Below are positions 34,997 to 46,503 of a stretch of 64,000 bases of DNA, piece after piece. The position numbers and the translations under genes are program-made. Each line of letters starts with the position of its first letter. The stretch's first letter is position 1. The notes under the pieces are model-generated. The model saw only the letters and a program-made list of their open reading frames with translations. It was not told the DNA's origin and did no database searches. This DNA is from Felis catus (lineage: Eukaryota): contig NC_058368.1 of NCBI RefSeq assembly GCF_018350175.1, forward strand, positions 66,652,001 to 66,716,000. The letters are read 5' to 3'.

Positions 34997-37260
34997 AGCG
35001 GCGGCCGACTGCGGGAAGAAGACGCGCGCGGCGGCGGCGGCAGCGGCGGCGGCCGCCTTCTCGGGATTGGCGAGCAGCGATTCAGGCACCAGGCCGCCGC
35101 CCGCGCCCGCGTGCAGCCCGGCGCCCGCCTTGAGCGCCGGGTGCTCAGCGTCGGCCACGCCGCCCAGGCCGTAGGGCACCGGGAAGGCGAACTTGTCCTT
35201 CTTGAGCAGCGTCTTGGGCTTGCGCCGCGGCCGGTACTTGTAGTCAGGGTGCTCCTTCATGTGCATGGCGCGCAGGCGCTTCGCCTCGTCGATGAACGGC
35301 CTCTTCTCCGACTCGGTGAGCAGCTTCCACTCGGCGCCCAGGCGCTTGCTGATCTCCGAGTTGTGCATCTTGGGGTTTTCCTGGGCCATCTTGCGCCGCT
35401 GAGCCCGCGACCACACCATGAAGGCGTTCATGGGCCGCTTGACGTGGTCCACCGGCTTGGACATGCTCTCGCCGTGCCGCGGCTGCAGCCCGCCGCCGCC
35501 GCCCGGGCCGTCGCCCTCCGCCCGGAGGAAATCAATGTTGGCTGTCCACGGGGACCCGTTCGGCCTGCCCGCGCTCGCTGCACCCCACTTCGCGCCCCGG
35601 CGTTGCTCCCGCCCGGGAAGAGGGGGCTAGGGGCCGAGCCCAGGGCCGCGCCGCGCCCCGGGCCGCCCTGGTCTCTTCGGCCGAGCTGCGGAAAATCCTC
35701 GCGGGGGCACAGTAACTTCTCGGCGGTGCCCCCACCCCACGGTGGCAGTTTGCCCTTTGCTTTCTTTTTGTCCTTTCTCCCTGGCTGCGTTTGCTCGCGA
35801 ACTCCCCGCAGGTAGTCGCTGCCCCGCAGAACTCTCCTCCTCCTCGGTCTTTTCTCTCTTAAATGCACAGCAGCTCGGAAAGTTGCGTCGCGAAGACCCC
35901 ACCAAGTTGAGCCGAGGAGTCCGCCGCCGCGTGCTGCCAAGTGCCAAAGGGGGCTCTCGGCGGCTGGAGTGTTTGGGTTCTCCTCGGTGACTTTCTCATT
36001 TGACAGTAGCAGATGAGGGTGGGGGAGGAGGGGAGGTGGCCCGGGAGGAGGAAGAGTCGGGGGGGGGGGGCGGAGGAGGTCCGGGAACAGCAAGGGAACG
36101 CAGAGCGCAGCAATGGGTATAAATACAAATACAGCAGCACCAGCCGGTCTTCCAGACTCTGGGCAGGGCTCGCTGGTGGGAACCCCTCCCCCCCAAGCGG
36201 CTGGGGGGTTTGGAGGGAGAGCTGCCTGCCTCCCCAGCACCTGCTTCGCGGGTCTTCCTCTCCGGCTGCAGGTCCGGGAAGGAAGCTGTAGGCTTGAGCA
36301 AGCCTGGGGTCGCCGGGCCTCAGGGGAAATCCTCCCGGCTCGCCGAGCTGCCACGTTTTCCCGTAGTCCCCCGGGCCATGCCGGCTCAGCTCGCTCTGAG
36401 CTCCTCCAGGGGCACCGGCTGGCTCAGGCTCCCGGAGCGCGCCGGGCGTGGAGCGCGGCGCTGCCTCGGCGCTGCGGGCCGGGCTCCGGCTGCGTCCGCT
36501 CCTGGCTCCTCTCGGCCGCCGCCCGGCACTTGCAACTAACTTCTCCCAAGTTTCCTGCGCCGGCGCCGCCGCGCCCCTCTCCGCGCGCTCGCCTCGGAGC
36601 GTGCGCCCGCCTGTGCGCCGCGCCCAGGGCCCCTCTCTCCCGGCTTCTCCTGCCAGAGCCGAGCAGGCGCTGGGCGGAGGTGCTGGAGGAGGGGATTTAA
36701 GGAAAACGCGCCATCACCTCTATTCGCAGGTCCGCGCTGGGGCTGCTCCCGCTTCCCCCACTCCCGTAGCACTGTGGGCCCCTTCCTGGCCCAGGCCGCC
36801 ACTCCGCCGCTCCCGAGGCGGCACGAGCCCCGTGCACGGGCTCAGGTAAGTGTGGCTACCTGCGTGTGCACGCGCCCGGAGCCGGCGCTGGGTGTGCATG
36901 TCCAGCGGCGACTGAGTGTGTGTATATCTGGGGGCATGCGGAGGAGGTGGAGCCCAAGACTCCAGGAGGGAGGAGGGACCAGCGGAGCCTCCTCCCGCTC
37001 CCACACCCCCAGGACCGCGAATTAAACCGGATCCCCTCCGCCCCCCTCCATACTCCTCCTCCCACCCCTTTTCACTGGAGAGCAGGTTGAGGCGAGCGGA
37101 GAGCTAGGAGCGCGCCGCGGATTCTGCGCACTGTTTGGTATTTGGCAACCCCTGGTGTCATCCCGGCTACCCTGGCACTGGTCGCGGCTCTGGGATCCTC
37201 TGCGTGGAGAAAGGAGGCGCGCACGAGAAGAAGAGCCTCTCGAACTACGGCGGAAGAGGG
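34430..37260. promoter_or_regulatory. CpG island covering the SOX21 CDS, 5'UTR and bidirectional promoter
   Basis: Very high GC and CpG density. There is no minus-strand ATG between 35465 and 35996, consistent with a long uATG-free 5'UTR. G-run cluster at 36017-36072. Confidence 0.9.
34634..35464 (-). CDS. SOX21: Transcription factor SOX-21 (SoxB2 group HMG-box protein), single coding exon, 276 aa
   Basis: The ORF starts [20 protein letters not shown] (SOX HMG box, aa ~8-76). It is followed by the group-B motif [15 protein letters not shown], poly-Ala tracts of 10, 13 and 12 residues, and the C-terminus ...[24 protein letters not shown]. The poly-Ala tracts distinguish it from SOX14. Start context agcATG has A at -3. 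Confidence 0.98.
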
Positions 37261-39300
37261 GACGTACCCTAGAAAATGTTGGAGATTTTTCCTAGGAAGA
37301 AAGTGCTCATTTTCCTTGGAGGTCCAGATGTTACTTGCAACAGATGCTTCTCGCATTTTCTTGCGCTGGTGATGCACCCAGTCAGAGGTAGTGAAGTGAA
37401 AAATAACTGAGGAGGAACTGAGCGTGCTCTTGGCAACCTTTTCGAAAAGGAGCTCGCCCAGGCTGAAAATAGGCATCCTTGGCTGACTGTTTAGCTCTTT
37501 GAAAATTCTGGGTGTTTTGTTTTGTTTCTGTTCTGGTCGACAGAGCCATCTATATGCTGATCTCTTTCAGGTACAGTTAACTTACACTGTCTCACTCAAA
37601 TGCACAGATAGGGTGAAGGTGTTCAAAATCCGGAGGTGTAAAAATGTCTCTCTGAAAGAATAAAGTAAAATGTACCAATCACTCTGTACTGGAATAGCTT
37701 TAATGTGGTCAGTGTCCTTAGAAAGGAAGAGTTTCCTTATAACTGACACGATGCAAAAATAGCATGATTTTGTTTGCATATTTTTATCACTTCTTGGTAT
37801 GCTGCAGCACACTCATAGTGTGATCAGTCTGGAGGTTTTATTCACAAGTTGGCCTGTCCTTCGGGGAGAACTCGCTTGCCTGCTTTCTTCGGCAGTTAGG
37901 ATCCGACCTAGCCATGTGGTGTGTGCAAGTAGGGAGTTCTATCCACAGTTAACACTTTAAAACTTCCCTGCAATGTATGTTCATCCCATACACAGACACA
38001 CAGACACAAAGCTTCGATTGTTTTTATGAACTTAAATAAAAAATGTTTGGGGCCATCAGATTTATTTTAAAAGTTAGGCTTGTTTTATTGCTCATTTTCA
38101 GAATAGTGGTTATTGCTTTAATTTTAGTTGCTGTGCCATAGAGACATGTAAATGGCAGTGAGGTGGGGAGGGTCTGTATTTGTCTTACAATATCACATTT
38201 ACACATGTTTACTTTGTATTATGTCCTTGTGCTGCTCAAACAACTGGACAGGTTTCTGTAGAACCATATTCCTTTACAGTCTCCATAAAGCCATTCTGTC
38301 ATTCAGAGACTCTGCGTAAAGTTACATTAAAACACCGGCAGGTGTAATTACATCGACTAGAATATTAAATATACTGTTTTGTGATGCTAAACTACAGAAT
38401 TCTCATCCCTGAGCTTTCAACCCAACTTGTGTAGTGGGTTCAGGATGAAAACATTATACACTGTCATATGAAAGAACATATGTGCGGGTATGCAAGATAC
38501 GAAAAACGTCATTCACTAAACATTGTGAATGAAGTTCAGTCTAATTGTGAAAATTATCTTGACATGTACAGATAAGGATTGAGAAAAGATATTTATATTG
38601 GCGAGGTAAATTATAATCTACTCTTTTCAAATTTAAAGTTAAAAATCCATTGTAATGAATTATTACCGTGGGAAAAATATTTGTACATGCGATTGAAATA
38701 TATGCTTATATGTTCAATACCTCATAAAAAATAAAATACATAAGCCTCCTTGGACATGGTTTTAGAAACTGCAGTGTTGCCTGTTTAGTGATAGTACACG
38801 AACCACATCTGAAAGTCCCTAAGTCCAAGAATGTTGAACTGTAGAAAACAAAGGTGCTTTCCACACCTAAAAAGAAAATGGCTGTTTGTCTCGTCACCAA
38901 GTAAAATTTCACACATTTCAAAACAGGAGAGATTTGCTTTCCATTTTCAGTTTTTAGGGGATCAATATTCTTGGCCTACACCCTTCCCAACCAACCCAGG
39001 GCCCTCACAGGAAGCTGGGAGTGACAGGAAGGCGGTGTGGTACTCTTGTCTGAATCTGGTCAAGCTTTTCACGGAGTTTTCATGCCATTCTCTTTCTTAC
39101 GTGCCAAAATGCACATCCAATTTTAAAGTTCACAGATCTTATGCTTGAATTGATATGAGGTTATATTTTTGTTCTTGTGTTTGTTTGTTTTTTACCTGCC
39201 GGTGAAAAATACCAAGGTATAGGAAAGAGAATAGTCTGTCTGATAGTCTGTCTGAGTGAATAGGGGAGGCAAAATAAATTGAAAGAGAATTATAAGTTCG
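36150..39300 (+). ncRNA. SOX21-AS1: Probable divergent spliced lncRNA, SOX21-AS1 orthologue (boundaries approximate)
   Basis: Plus-strand TATAAA at 36118-36123, perfect donor CAG|GTAAGT at 36845/36846, acceptor tctctttcag| ending at 37570, and AATAAA hexamers at 37659, 38035, 38729 and 39273. A head-to-head SOX21-AS1 is known in human. Expression in this species cannot be seen from sequence. Confidence 0.55.
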
Positions 39301-40959
39301 ATGGGCTTTATATTGTCAGCTTTTGATTGGGAGCAACCAGAGAACTGTATACCTTGATCAGCAGAGTCTTTGTGGGCTCTGTATTTTCCCTGCGGCCATG
39401 TAATACCCGTGATCACAAATATATCGAATCAGAAACGGAGAGACAGACAACCTCTCCGAAAAAGTTTGTGAGTTTGTGTGAATTCAGTTTCTTCTTTTCC
39501 CCCTTAAAGGCTCCCCAGTAAATGGTCTCTGTTCAATTCTAAAGCTTTCACTAGGAGGCAGCAATGAGGTTGTTGGGGAATTAAAAAAAAAAATACCTTG
39601 GCAACACCAGACATGAGTGGCCTTTTCTCTCTTTCTCTTCCACAAAAGAGGGGAGAATATTTGGGTCCCAAAGGAAGACAAGGGATCAGAATGAACTCCA
39701 TCATTTTCCTCCATCCTTTCCGTCTCCGCTCTGCTCCCATCCTGGATTTTCACCCGGCTGGCTCACCAACACATTTCCCTAGCACCATGGAGGTGGGGCA
39801 CCACGAGGTGAGTCAAAGAAAGTGGCTGGGCAGTAAAGATGACAACTTCAAAGTGCACAGGCCAAGTCTTTGCACCTGGAACACTAGCAGCGACAGAGAA
39901 CTTTGGGGGTCTGGTCTTAAGCAAGTGTAATGACAGCATTCACGAGCTCTCATACCTGTGTAGAAAGGTAATACAGCCTGTTTGTCTGGTTGAGGAGGAA
40001 ACAAGCAAACTGTGGCAAAAGCTGCCTTACTTAGGCTGTTGTCACAGTTCTCTAGTCCCACTCCTCTGACCGCCCCCCCCCCACTCTTTTCCCATCAGCC
40101 CCCAAAAGGGGGAAAGCCCCAAACATGAGGTCCACAGAGAGCCGAGGAGACAAAAGGGGAGTTGAAGCCGACAAGGCAGGAGCCAAAACTGCACAAGTCA
40201 CCTTTCACTGGTGACTGCTACATTTTCATCATTTTGACCTTTCTCTCCCTCGATTCTCACCGCGCCTGCCTTAGAAACCGGCACTACACAGATCAATTCT
40301 GGAGACACCTTTCCTCATCCCTCCTTAGCAGTGCTCACACTGCATTTTCAAAAAGGAGCTTTACCTAGATGACAGAACAAGAAACACAAAATAAAAACCA
40401 GCTCTCTCTCACTCTCTCTCCCCCTCCTCCTTTGGAGGACCCTGCCAAAAGCACCTAAGGGAAAAAAAGACAATGCAAATAATCCAAGACAGACAACTTC
40501 AGAAAATACTGATTCAGATCCCAAGAATTCCTTAAAAGCAATGCAGAGATTTACCTCTCCAAGGATAAGAGGTTTTTTAAGTGTGAGGGAGCCAGCCGAA
40601 AAACACCACCAGAAATGAACGAGGACATTCATCGTGTCATGTGGCCTGTGTAACGAAAAATCCTTCCAACCTGTAGTTTTCTACTGAGGAGCCTGGGTTC
40701 TGGTGTGGTGGGGTTACTTGTAAATTTCATCACCATACACGCTCTGGTTGATCTTGAGCAAGAACAAAGCTGAGAGAGGGAGGACCCCTTCAGTCTTCCA
40801 GCAGGGTGGTGAATAAGCCATGCTTCTGGCTCTGCAAACTCCCTCTTGTCTTACCGTCCCCCCTTCCAGCTTCCAGGTGACCCTGCCTTGCCCTCCTCAG
40901 AGTCGGTCTCCCATTTAAGGATGGGTCTGATTTGATTCTTTTATAGCTATCATTTATTC

Positions 40960-41135
40960 AGTTCTTAAGATATTGTACCTTTTACATACATTATCTCCTT
41001 TCGTTTGTTCAGAGAGCTCTATGAGGTAAGAGCTACCTCACTTTGCAAGTTGGGAACTGAGCCTTAGAGTAGATGAATGACATGCCCAAAGTCACACAAC
41101 CCAAAGTGGAAGAAATGGCCTTTGAATTAAGCTGA
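40960..41135 (-). mobile_element. MIR
   Basis: tttacatacattatctc...ctatgaggta...gaactgagccttagag...gcccaaagtcacaca. Confidence 0.7.
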
Positions 41136-41695
41136 CGTTCCTCACCACCACCACCGTGAGACCCGACACAAGACTCAGCCCCTTCCTGGCACAGATTCTT
41201 AATTCCACCTACCTCCTCAGGCCTTCTGTGACTCACTCTGTGCCCCACACCCCTTCTGAGGGAGTGCCCAATGGCAATCTCCCCAGCACAACGTTCCAAA
41301 CCCACAACAGCACCCCATCACCAGAGGTAGTCTCTCAAAGTCCGGGCTCGGTGCTTATCAACACAGATCAGGTCTCAGCTGCAATCCACCTGCCCTCCCT
41401 CTGCCGGCCTCCCGCTGCAAGCACCGAGAAGAACTCAGTCTCCACCCTCACTCAGACAGGCCAGGGCCCCTAAGAGGGAGTCTCATACCCATGATATCGA
41501 GCCTGTCTTTACATTTCCTCAGCATAAGGGATGTTTCTTGTCCAGCCACCTCCCTCCTTCCCTCATTCCTCTTAACCTTTTGTAAACTCCAAGGACACAA
41601 AGTGGGTATAAGCACAGTTCTGGATTTACGACAAGCTCCCATGAATTGCTCCCCCAATGGTTTGTTTGTTTGTTTGTTTAATAATGTAACAAGGG

Positions 41696-41916
41696 GGGGC
41701 GCCTGGGTGGCGCAGTCGGTTAAGCGTCCGACTTCAGCCAGGTCACGATCTCACGGTCCGTGAGTTCGAGCCCCGCGTCAGGCTCTGGGCTGATGGCTCG
41801 GAGCCTGGAGCCTGTTTCCGATTCTGTGTCTCCCTCTCTCTCTGCCCCTCCCCCGTTCATGCTCTGTCTCTCTCTGTCCCAAAAATAAATAAAAAACGTT
41901 GAAAAAAATTTTTTTT
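41696..41916 (+). mobile_element. Young feline CanSINE
   Basis: CpG-rich, near-consensus copy. TSD aataatgtaacaaggg begins at 41680 and 41917. Confidence 0.95.
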
Positions 41917-42050
41917 AATAATGTAACAAGGGATCCACTGCTCAAAGTAAAATCTTCCAGTAAACCTATATCAAACCAAATGATCTCCCCAGTGAACAAT
42001 ATACTTGCCTCCCCTAACCAGACGTAATTGTTTTCATTCCTTTGACTTTT

Positions 42051-42286
42051 TTTTTTTTAATTAAAAAAAAAATTTTTTTTTTCAACATTCATTTATTTTT
42101 GGGACAGAGAGAGACAAAGCATGAACGGGGGAGGGGCAGAGAGAGAGGGAGACACAGAATCGGAAACAGGCTCCAGGCTCTGAGCCATCAGCCCCGAGCC
42201 TGACGCGGGGCTCGAACTCCCGGACCGCGAGATCGTGACCTGGCTGAAGTCGGCCGCTTAACCGACTGCGCCACCCAGGCGCCCCC
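42051..42286 (-). mobile_element. Young feline CanSINE
   Basis: TSD cattcctttgactttt begins at 42035 and 42287. Confidence 0.95.
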
Positions 42287-42547
42287 CATTCCTTTGACTT
42301 TTTAAAAAAAATTTAGCTATCTAGTTTTTTCATTTATAGGTGTCCTTTAAAATTATGTTTTTATTTTAATTGTTTATATAATATTTATTAATGAACTTTT
42401 TTCATTTAGTTACATTCTTTGAATTTAATATTACTGCATATCGTGGAGTTTATTCATCCTAGCTGCCATGTAATATTCAGTGGTGGAAATATACCACATG
42501 TATTTGCTTATCCTCTCTTGGTGATGAGCATGTGGGTTGTTTCCAGT

Positions 42548-42750
42548 TTGTTTGTTTTTTAAGTGTATTGATTTTGAGAGAGAGAGAGAGAGAGGGAAGG
42601 AGGGGCAGAGAGAGGCAGAGAAACCCAAGCAGGTTCTGCACTGCCAGCATGGAGCCCCACGGGGGTGGGAGGGTGTCTAGAATCCACAAACGAGAGATCA
42701 TGGCCTGAGCTGAAGTCAGACGCTTAACCCACTGAGCCACCGGGTGCCCC
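42548..42750 (-). mobile_element. CanSINE
   Basis: Reverse-complemented head ends ...gagccaccgggtgcccc. Confidence 0.85.
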
Positions 42751-43811
42751 TGGTTGTTTCTAGTTTTTAACCATGTGTAAGGGCCTCCAGAGGCATTCTT
42801 TTTCCTGTCTATTGTACACATGCAAGAGATTTTACAGGCAAAAAGCTGTAAAAATGGGAAATAGCTAGTGCCGTACCCCTTTTCCAAGTGTTTCTGTTTG
42901 CTTTTGATTTTTTTCCCCAGGCATTCAGAGAAGTTGTCTTTTATATTTTGTCTCAAGTTTATGGTTATTATCTGTGGGCTGGTTGGTCTTATAGGAGCTA
43001 TTTCTCTGTTTCCAGAATCCCTCTGAAATTGTGTTTTGTGTATAGCATGAGGTTTGATTTTTTTTTTCCATCAGGATACTCAATTTCCCAGAACTATTCA
43101 TTGAAAAGACTGCTTTTGTATACTGCCCATTACTACTACCTTTGCCATCTGATGCGAGGTGGTTTCTGAGCTCTTTCTTTTGCTTCCTATTATGGAGTTT
43201 TTCTATTTTTTTCACTAATATTGCACTATCCTAATTCTGGCAGAACAAATCTTCACGTCTTGTTCTTACTCAAATGTATCTTGGCTACTCTTGGCCTTTG
43301 TGCTTCCGCATACATTTCAGAACAGATTGTCAGGTTCCAAATATTCTTACAAACCCCAAATCTTAAAATTGTTTTTATTTTTTAAGTGGAGGTATAATTG
43401 GCATGTAACGTCATATTAATGTTAGGGCCACAACATAATGATGTGGTATCTGTATACATTACAAAATGATCACCACATTAAGTCTATGTAACATTTGTCA
43501 CCATAGGCAATTGCAAAATTTTTTTTCTTGTGATGAGAACCTAAACATTTTTTTGAAAAGCCTTTTAGTTAAGATTGCTGTGATTCTCGAGGTTGATTTA
43601 GGGAGAATGGATATCTTTACAATTCTAACACTCTGAATCCATGCATTGAGTTTCCCTCCCTTAATTTTGTTGTTTTTTTAATACTCTGAGTGATATCTTG
43701 CAGTTTTCTGGTAGAATTCTTACTCATCTATTATTCTTTTTAAAAACTGGTAGTTTTACAAACTATTTTTGATACTATTATAAATAGCATATTTTAAAGA
43801 TATCGTGTTAT

Positions 43812-44032
43812 TTTAAAAATTTTTACTTATTTTTGAGAGAGAGAGAGAGAGAGACATAGAGTGTGAGTGGGGGAGAGGCAGAGAGAGAGAGAGGTGGACA
43901 CAGAATCCAAAGCAGACTCCAGGCTCTGACATGTCAGCACAGAGCCTGATGTGGGGCTCGAACTCACTAACTGCAAGATCATGACCTGAGCGGAAGTTAG
44001 ATGCTTAACCGACTAAGCCACCCAGGAGCCCC
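43812..44032 (-). mobile_element. CanSINE
   Basis: Full-length element flanked by aaagatatc on both sides. Confidence 0.9.
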
Positions 44033-45787
44033 AAAAGATATCTTTTTAAAAAGATAGTATCTTTTAAATAATTTTATATCCTATTGTTGGTATATAGAAA
44101 TACAATAGATTTTTGTATATCGACTCTAAGTGGCAACCTTGTGAAATCATTTTTAATTCAAGTAATTTACTGTAGGTTCTTTTGGATTTTCCACATATGA
44201 AATCGTATCATCTGCAAATACTGATACACTTCCAATCTTCTACAGTTTATTTCCTTTTTCTTGTCTTATTACACTGTCTAGACCCTTCAGTTCATTGTAG
44301 AACAGATAGATGCCCACTATTATGTGGTGATAGTGGGCACCTTTGTGTTTTTCCTGACCTATGTATGGCATAGTGGGGGGGAGGGAGTCACAGTACTCTT
44401 TTTAGAGCTTGGGGCTTTGAATGATCTAGTTCAGCCCTGGTCCCACTGTCACCCAATCACGCACATGTACCCATTTCCCCAGGATTCTGCTTGCTTCTGC
44501 TTTGCTTAGTTTAGATGTTTTGTTGAACCATCCAGTTTTTATCTCTAGAACGACAACCCCACCAGGTTGGGTCCATGAACTCTGCACACTGGAAGAATAA
44601 ATAACTCGATTGGTATAAATTTCTGCATCTCCCATTCCTCTATCAGTCTAGCAGAGGTGTTTGCCAAGTATAGTTGCATACCACTTGCCTGGTCGTCATG
44701 TTAGACTGTTTGCCCTGACCTGTTTTTATGCCACTTTGCTATTTGCATCTTGGAGTAGGAAGCACAGCCTCTGTGTCTGCACCAGGAGAGGCTAGGTTGT
44801 GGGCCAGTTTTCTGTAGTTTCTTGCACCACCTATGGGGAAGGTGACTGCGTGTTCCTGCGTCCGTGCTCAGTATACTAAGGACAGGCCAAGTCCTCCATT
44901 CACTCCACATGGTCCACGCCAAAATCAGGGTGGTGATTTTCCCCAGCAGCATAATGTTCCCTTTCCTTCTTCTGGAGGCAAAGTAAAATGATCCACAAGT
45001 GAGCCAATGACATAATTCCTTCTAATTTTTGTGACTGGAATGTAATAAGAGGATACAAGACAGTAATCCAGAAGCATGAAGGAAGGGTGGTGAGTCCGGT
45101 GGCAATCTGCACCTAATCATTCCAGCTGCCTGAAAAGTTGACTCATGACCTCAGTGGACATATCGCCCCCCCCCCCCACCCCCCCCGGGTATTTGGAGAG
45201 CCGCATTGTATTGTATTGCTTTGTTTGTGCACCGAAGTGTTTCTATACACTAACTTCCTAGTTGACGTGTCCTTTTGTTCATTATCAGCCTCCAGTTTCA
45301 CATTCCGGTCAGTTGTCAGGAGTGGCCAAGACTCTAGGATCATAGGCATGCCTGCCGTGCTCCCTTGCAATATACTTTGAAAACAGAATTTGACATTTGT
45401 GCGTGTGCATTGTCTACCAGCAAATACATCTATTGCTGTCAAACAAAGCCTGGTATTTGACAAAATTTGTCTTTGTTTATTTGCTTGAGGCAAAAGGGGC
45501 CTTTCATTGTGTCTCAAGAGCTTGCTTTTTAATAAAACTCTGCCTTTTCTGTTAGGACACATGAGAGTGAGTTAAGAGCTTGGCAACAACCTGACAAGAA
45601 AATATTATCTGATTGATTCATTAATAATAATTTGGAGTAGCTGCTTTTGTAAACATACTGTCAAGAGGCTGAGCTGATTGCTCTTTGCTTCATGTTTCTC
45701 TATACCCGGCCCAACTATTATTCTGGTGCCAGTGCCTCTTGGTTTCAACTGTTAACTCATTGTGTGTTCCCTTACTTCACTTTAAAC

Positions 45788-45882
45788 ATCCCAAGGGCAG
45801 AGACCGTATCTTATTGATCTTTATATCTCAGCACCTAGTGAGGCTCCTGGCATTGAACTGGCGCTAAATAAATTGCTGAACG
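45788..45882 (+). mobile_element. L2 3' end
   Basis: agggcagagaccgtatct...cagcacctag...cctggca...aataaattgctgaa. Confidence 0.65.
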
Positions 45883-46081
45883 CACGGATCGCTGCATGCT
45901 CGAAGTCTGTGTGAGCGCCGCCAAGGGGTTGAGGATGTAACTGCACGATTCAGGCACAGGATTGTTAAACTGATCTTAATCGGTGATTTAATTAATTAAT
46001 CTTAATGAAGTCTAGAACTGTGTGGAAATGGGGCAACCCCAGTAACATCTCTGATACTCTTAGTATCAGATACCCCCTGCC

Positions 46082-46503
46082 TTTTTAATGTTTATTTATT
46101 ATTAGAGGCAGAGAGAGAAAGAGAGAGAAAATCCCAAGCAGGCTCTGCACTGTCAGCACGGAGGCTGACGTGGGGCTCAATCCCTCCAGCCGTGAGATCG
46201 TGATCTGACCTGAAATCAAGAGTCTGATGCTTGGGGCGCCTGAGTGGCGCAGTCGGTTAAGCGTCCGACTTCAGCCAGGTCACGATCTCGCGGTCCGTGA
46301 GTTCGAGCCCCGCGTTGGGCTCTGGGCTGACAGCTCAGAGCCTGGAGCCTGCTTCTGATTCTGTGTCTCCCTCTCTCTCTGCCCCTCCCCCATTCATGCT
46401 CTGTCTCTCTCTGTCCCAAAAATAAATAAAAAACGTTGAAAAAAAAATTAAAAAAAAAAAAAAAGAGTCTGATGCTTAACTGACTGAGCCACCCAGGCGC
46501 CCC
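46082..46503 (-). mobile_element. CanSINE split by an oppositely oriented young CanSINE (46233-46462, plus strand)
   Basis: Inner TSD aagagtctgatgctt at 46218-46232 and 46463-46477. Confidence 0.93.

Larger units (their letters stand above)
42425..44360 (-). mobile_element. Degenerate old L1 (L1ME-like) fragments with inserted SINEs and a short younger L1 3' end (~43380-43545)
   Basis: L1 antisense motifs such as ttcattgaaaagact, gatttagggagaatggatatctttacaat and tatatagaaatacaat.gatttttgtatat. Confidence 0.65.

Noticed and set aside
35486..35488. In-frame upstream CTG that could extend SOX21 by 8 residues
   Set aside because: The context is weak (C at +4) and the ATG has a good -3 A. It cannot be supported without ribosome profiling.
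35428..36354. 308-aa minus-strand ORF overlapping the SOX21 start out of frame
   Set aside because: It begins at GTG upstream of the probable start site, is Pro/Arg/Gly low-complexity and has no domain. Stop codons are scarce in a CpG island.
34588..36849. Plus-strand ORFs of 181, 234, 195 and 133 aa
   Set aside because: These are antisense shadows of the GC-rich SOX21 CDS and CpG island with no recognisable protein family.
46050..46070. 9-bp hairpin tctgatact-ctt-agtatcaga
   Set aside because: Too short to separate from chance or to be a miRNA precursor.
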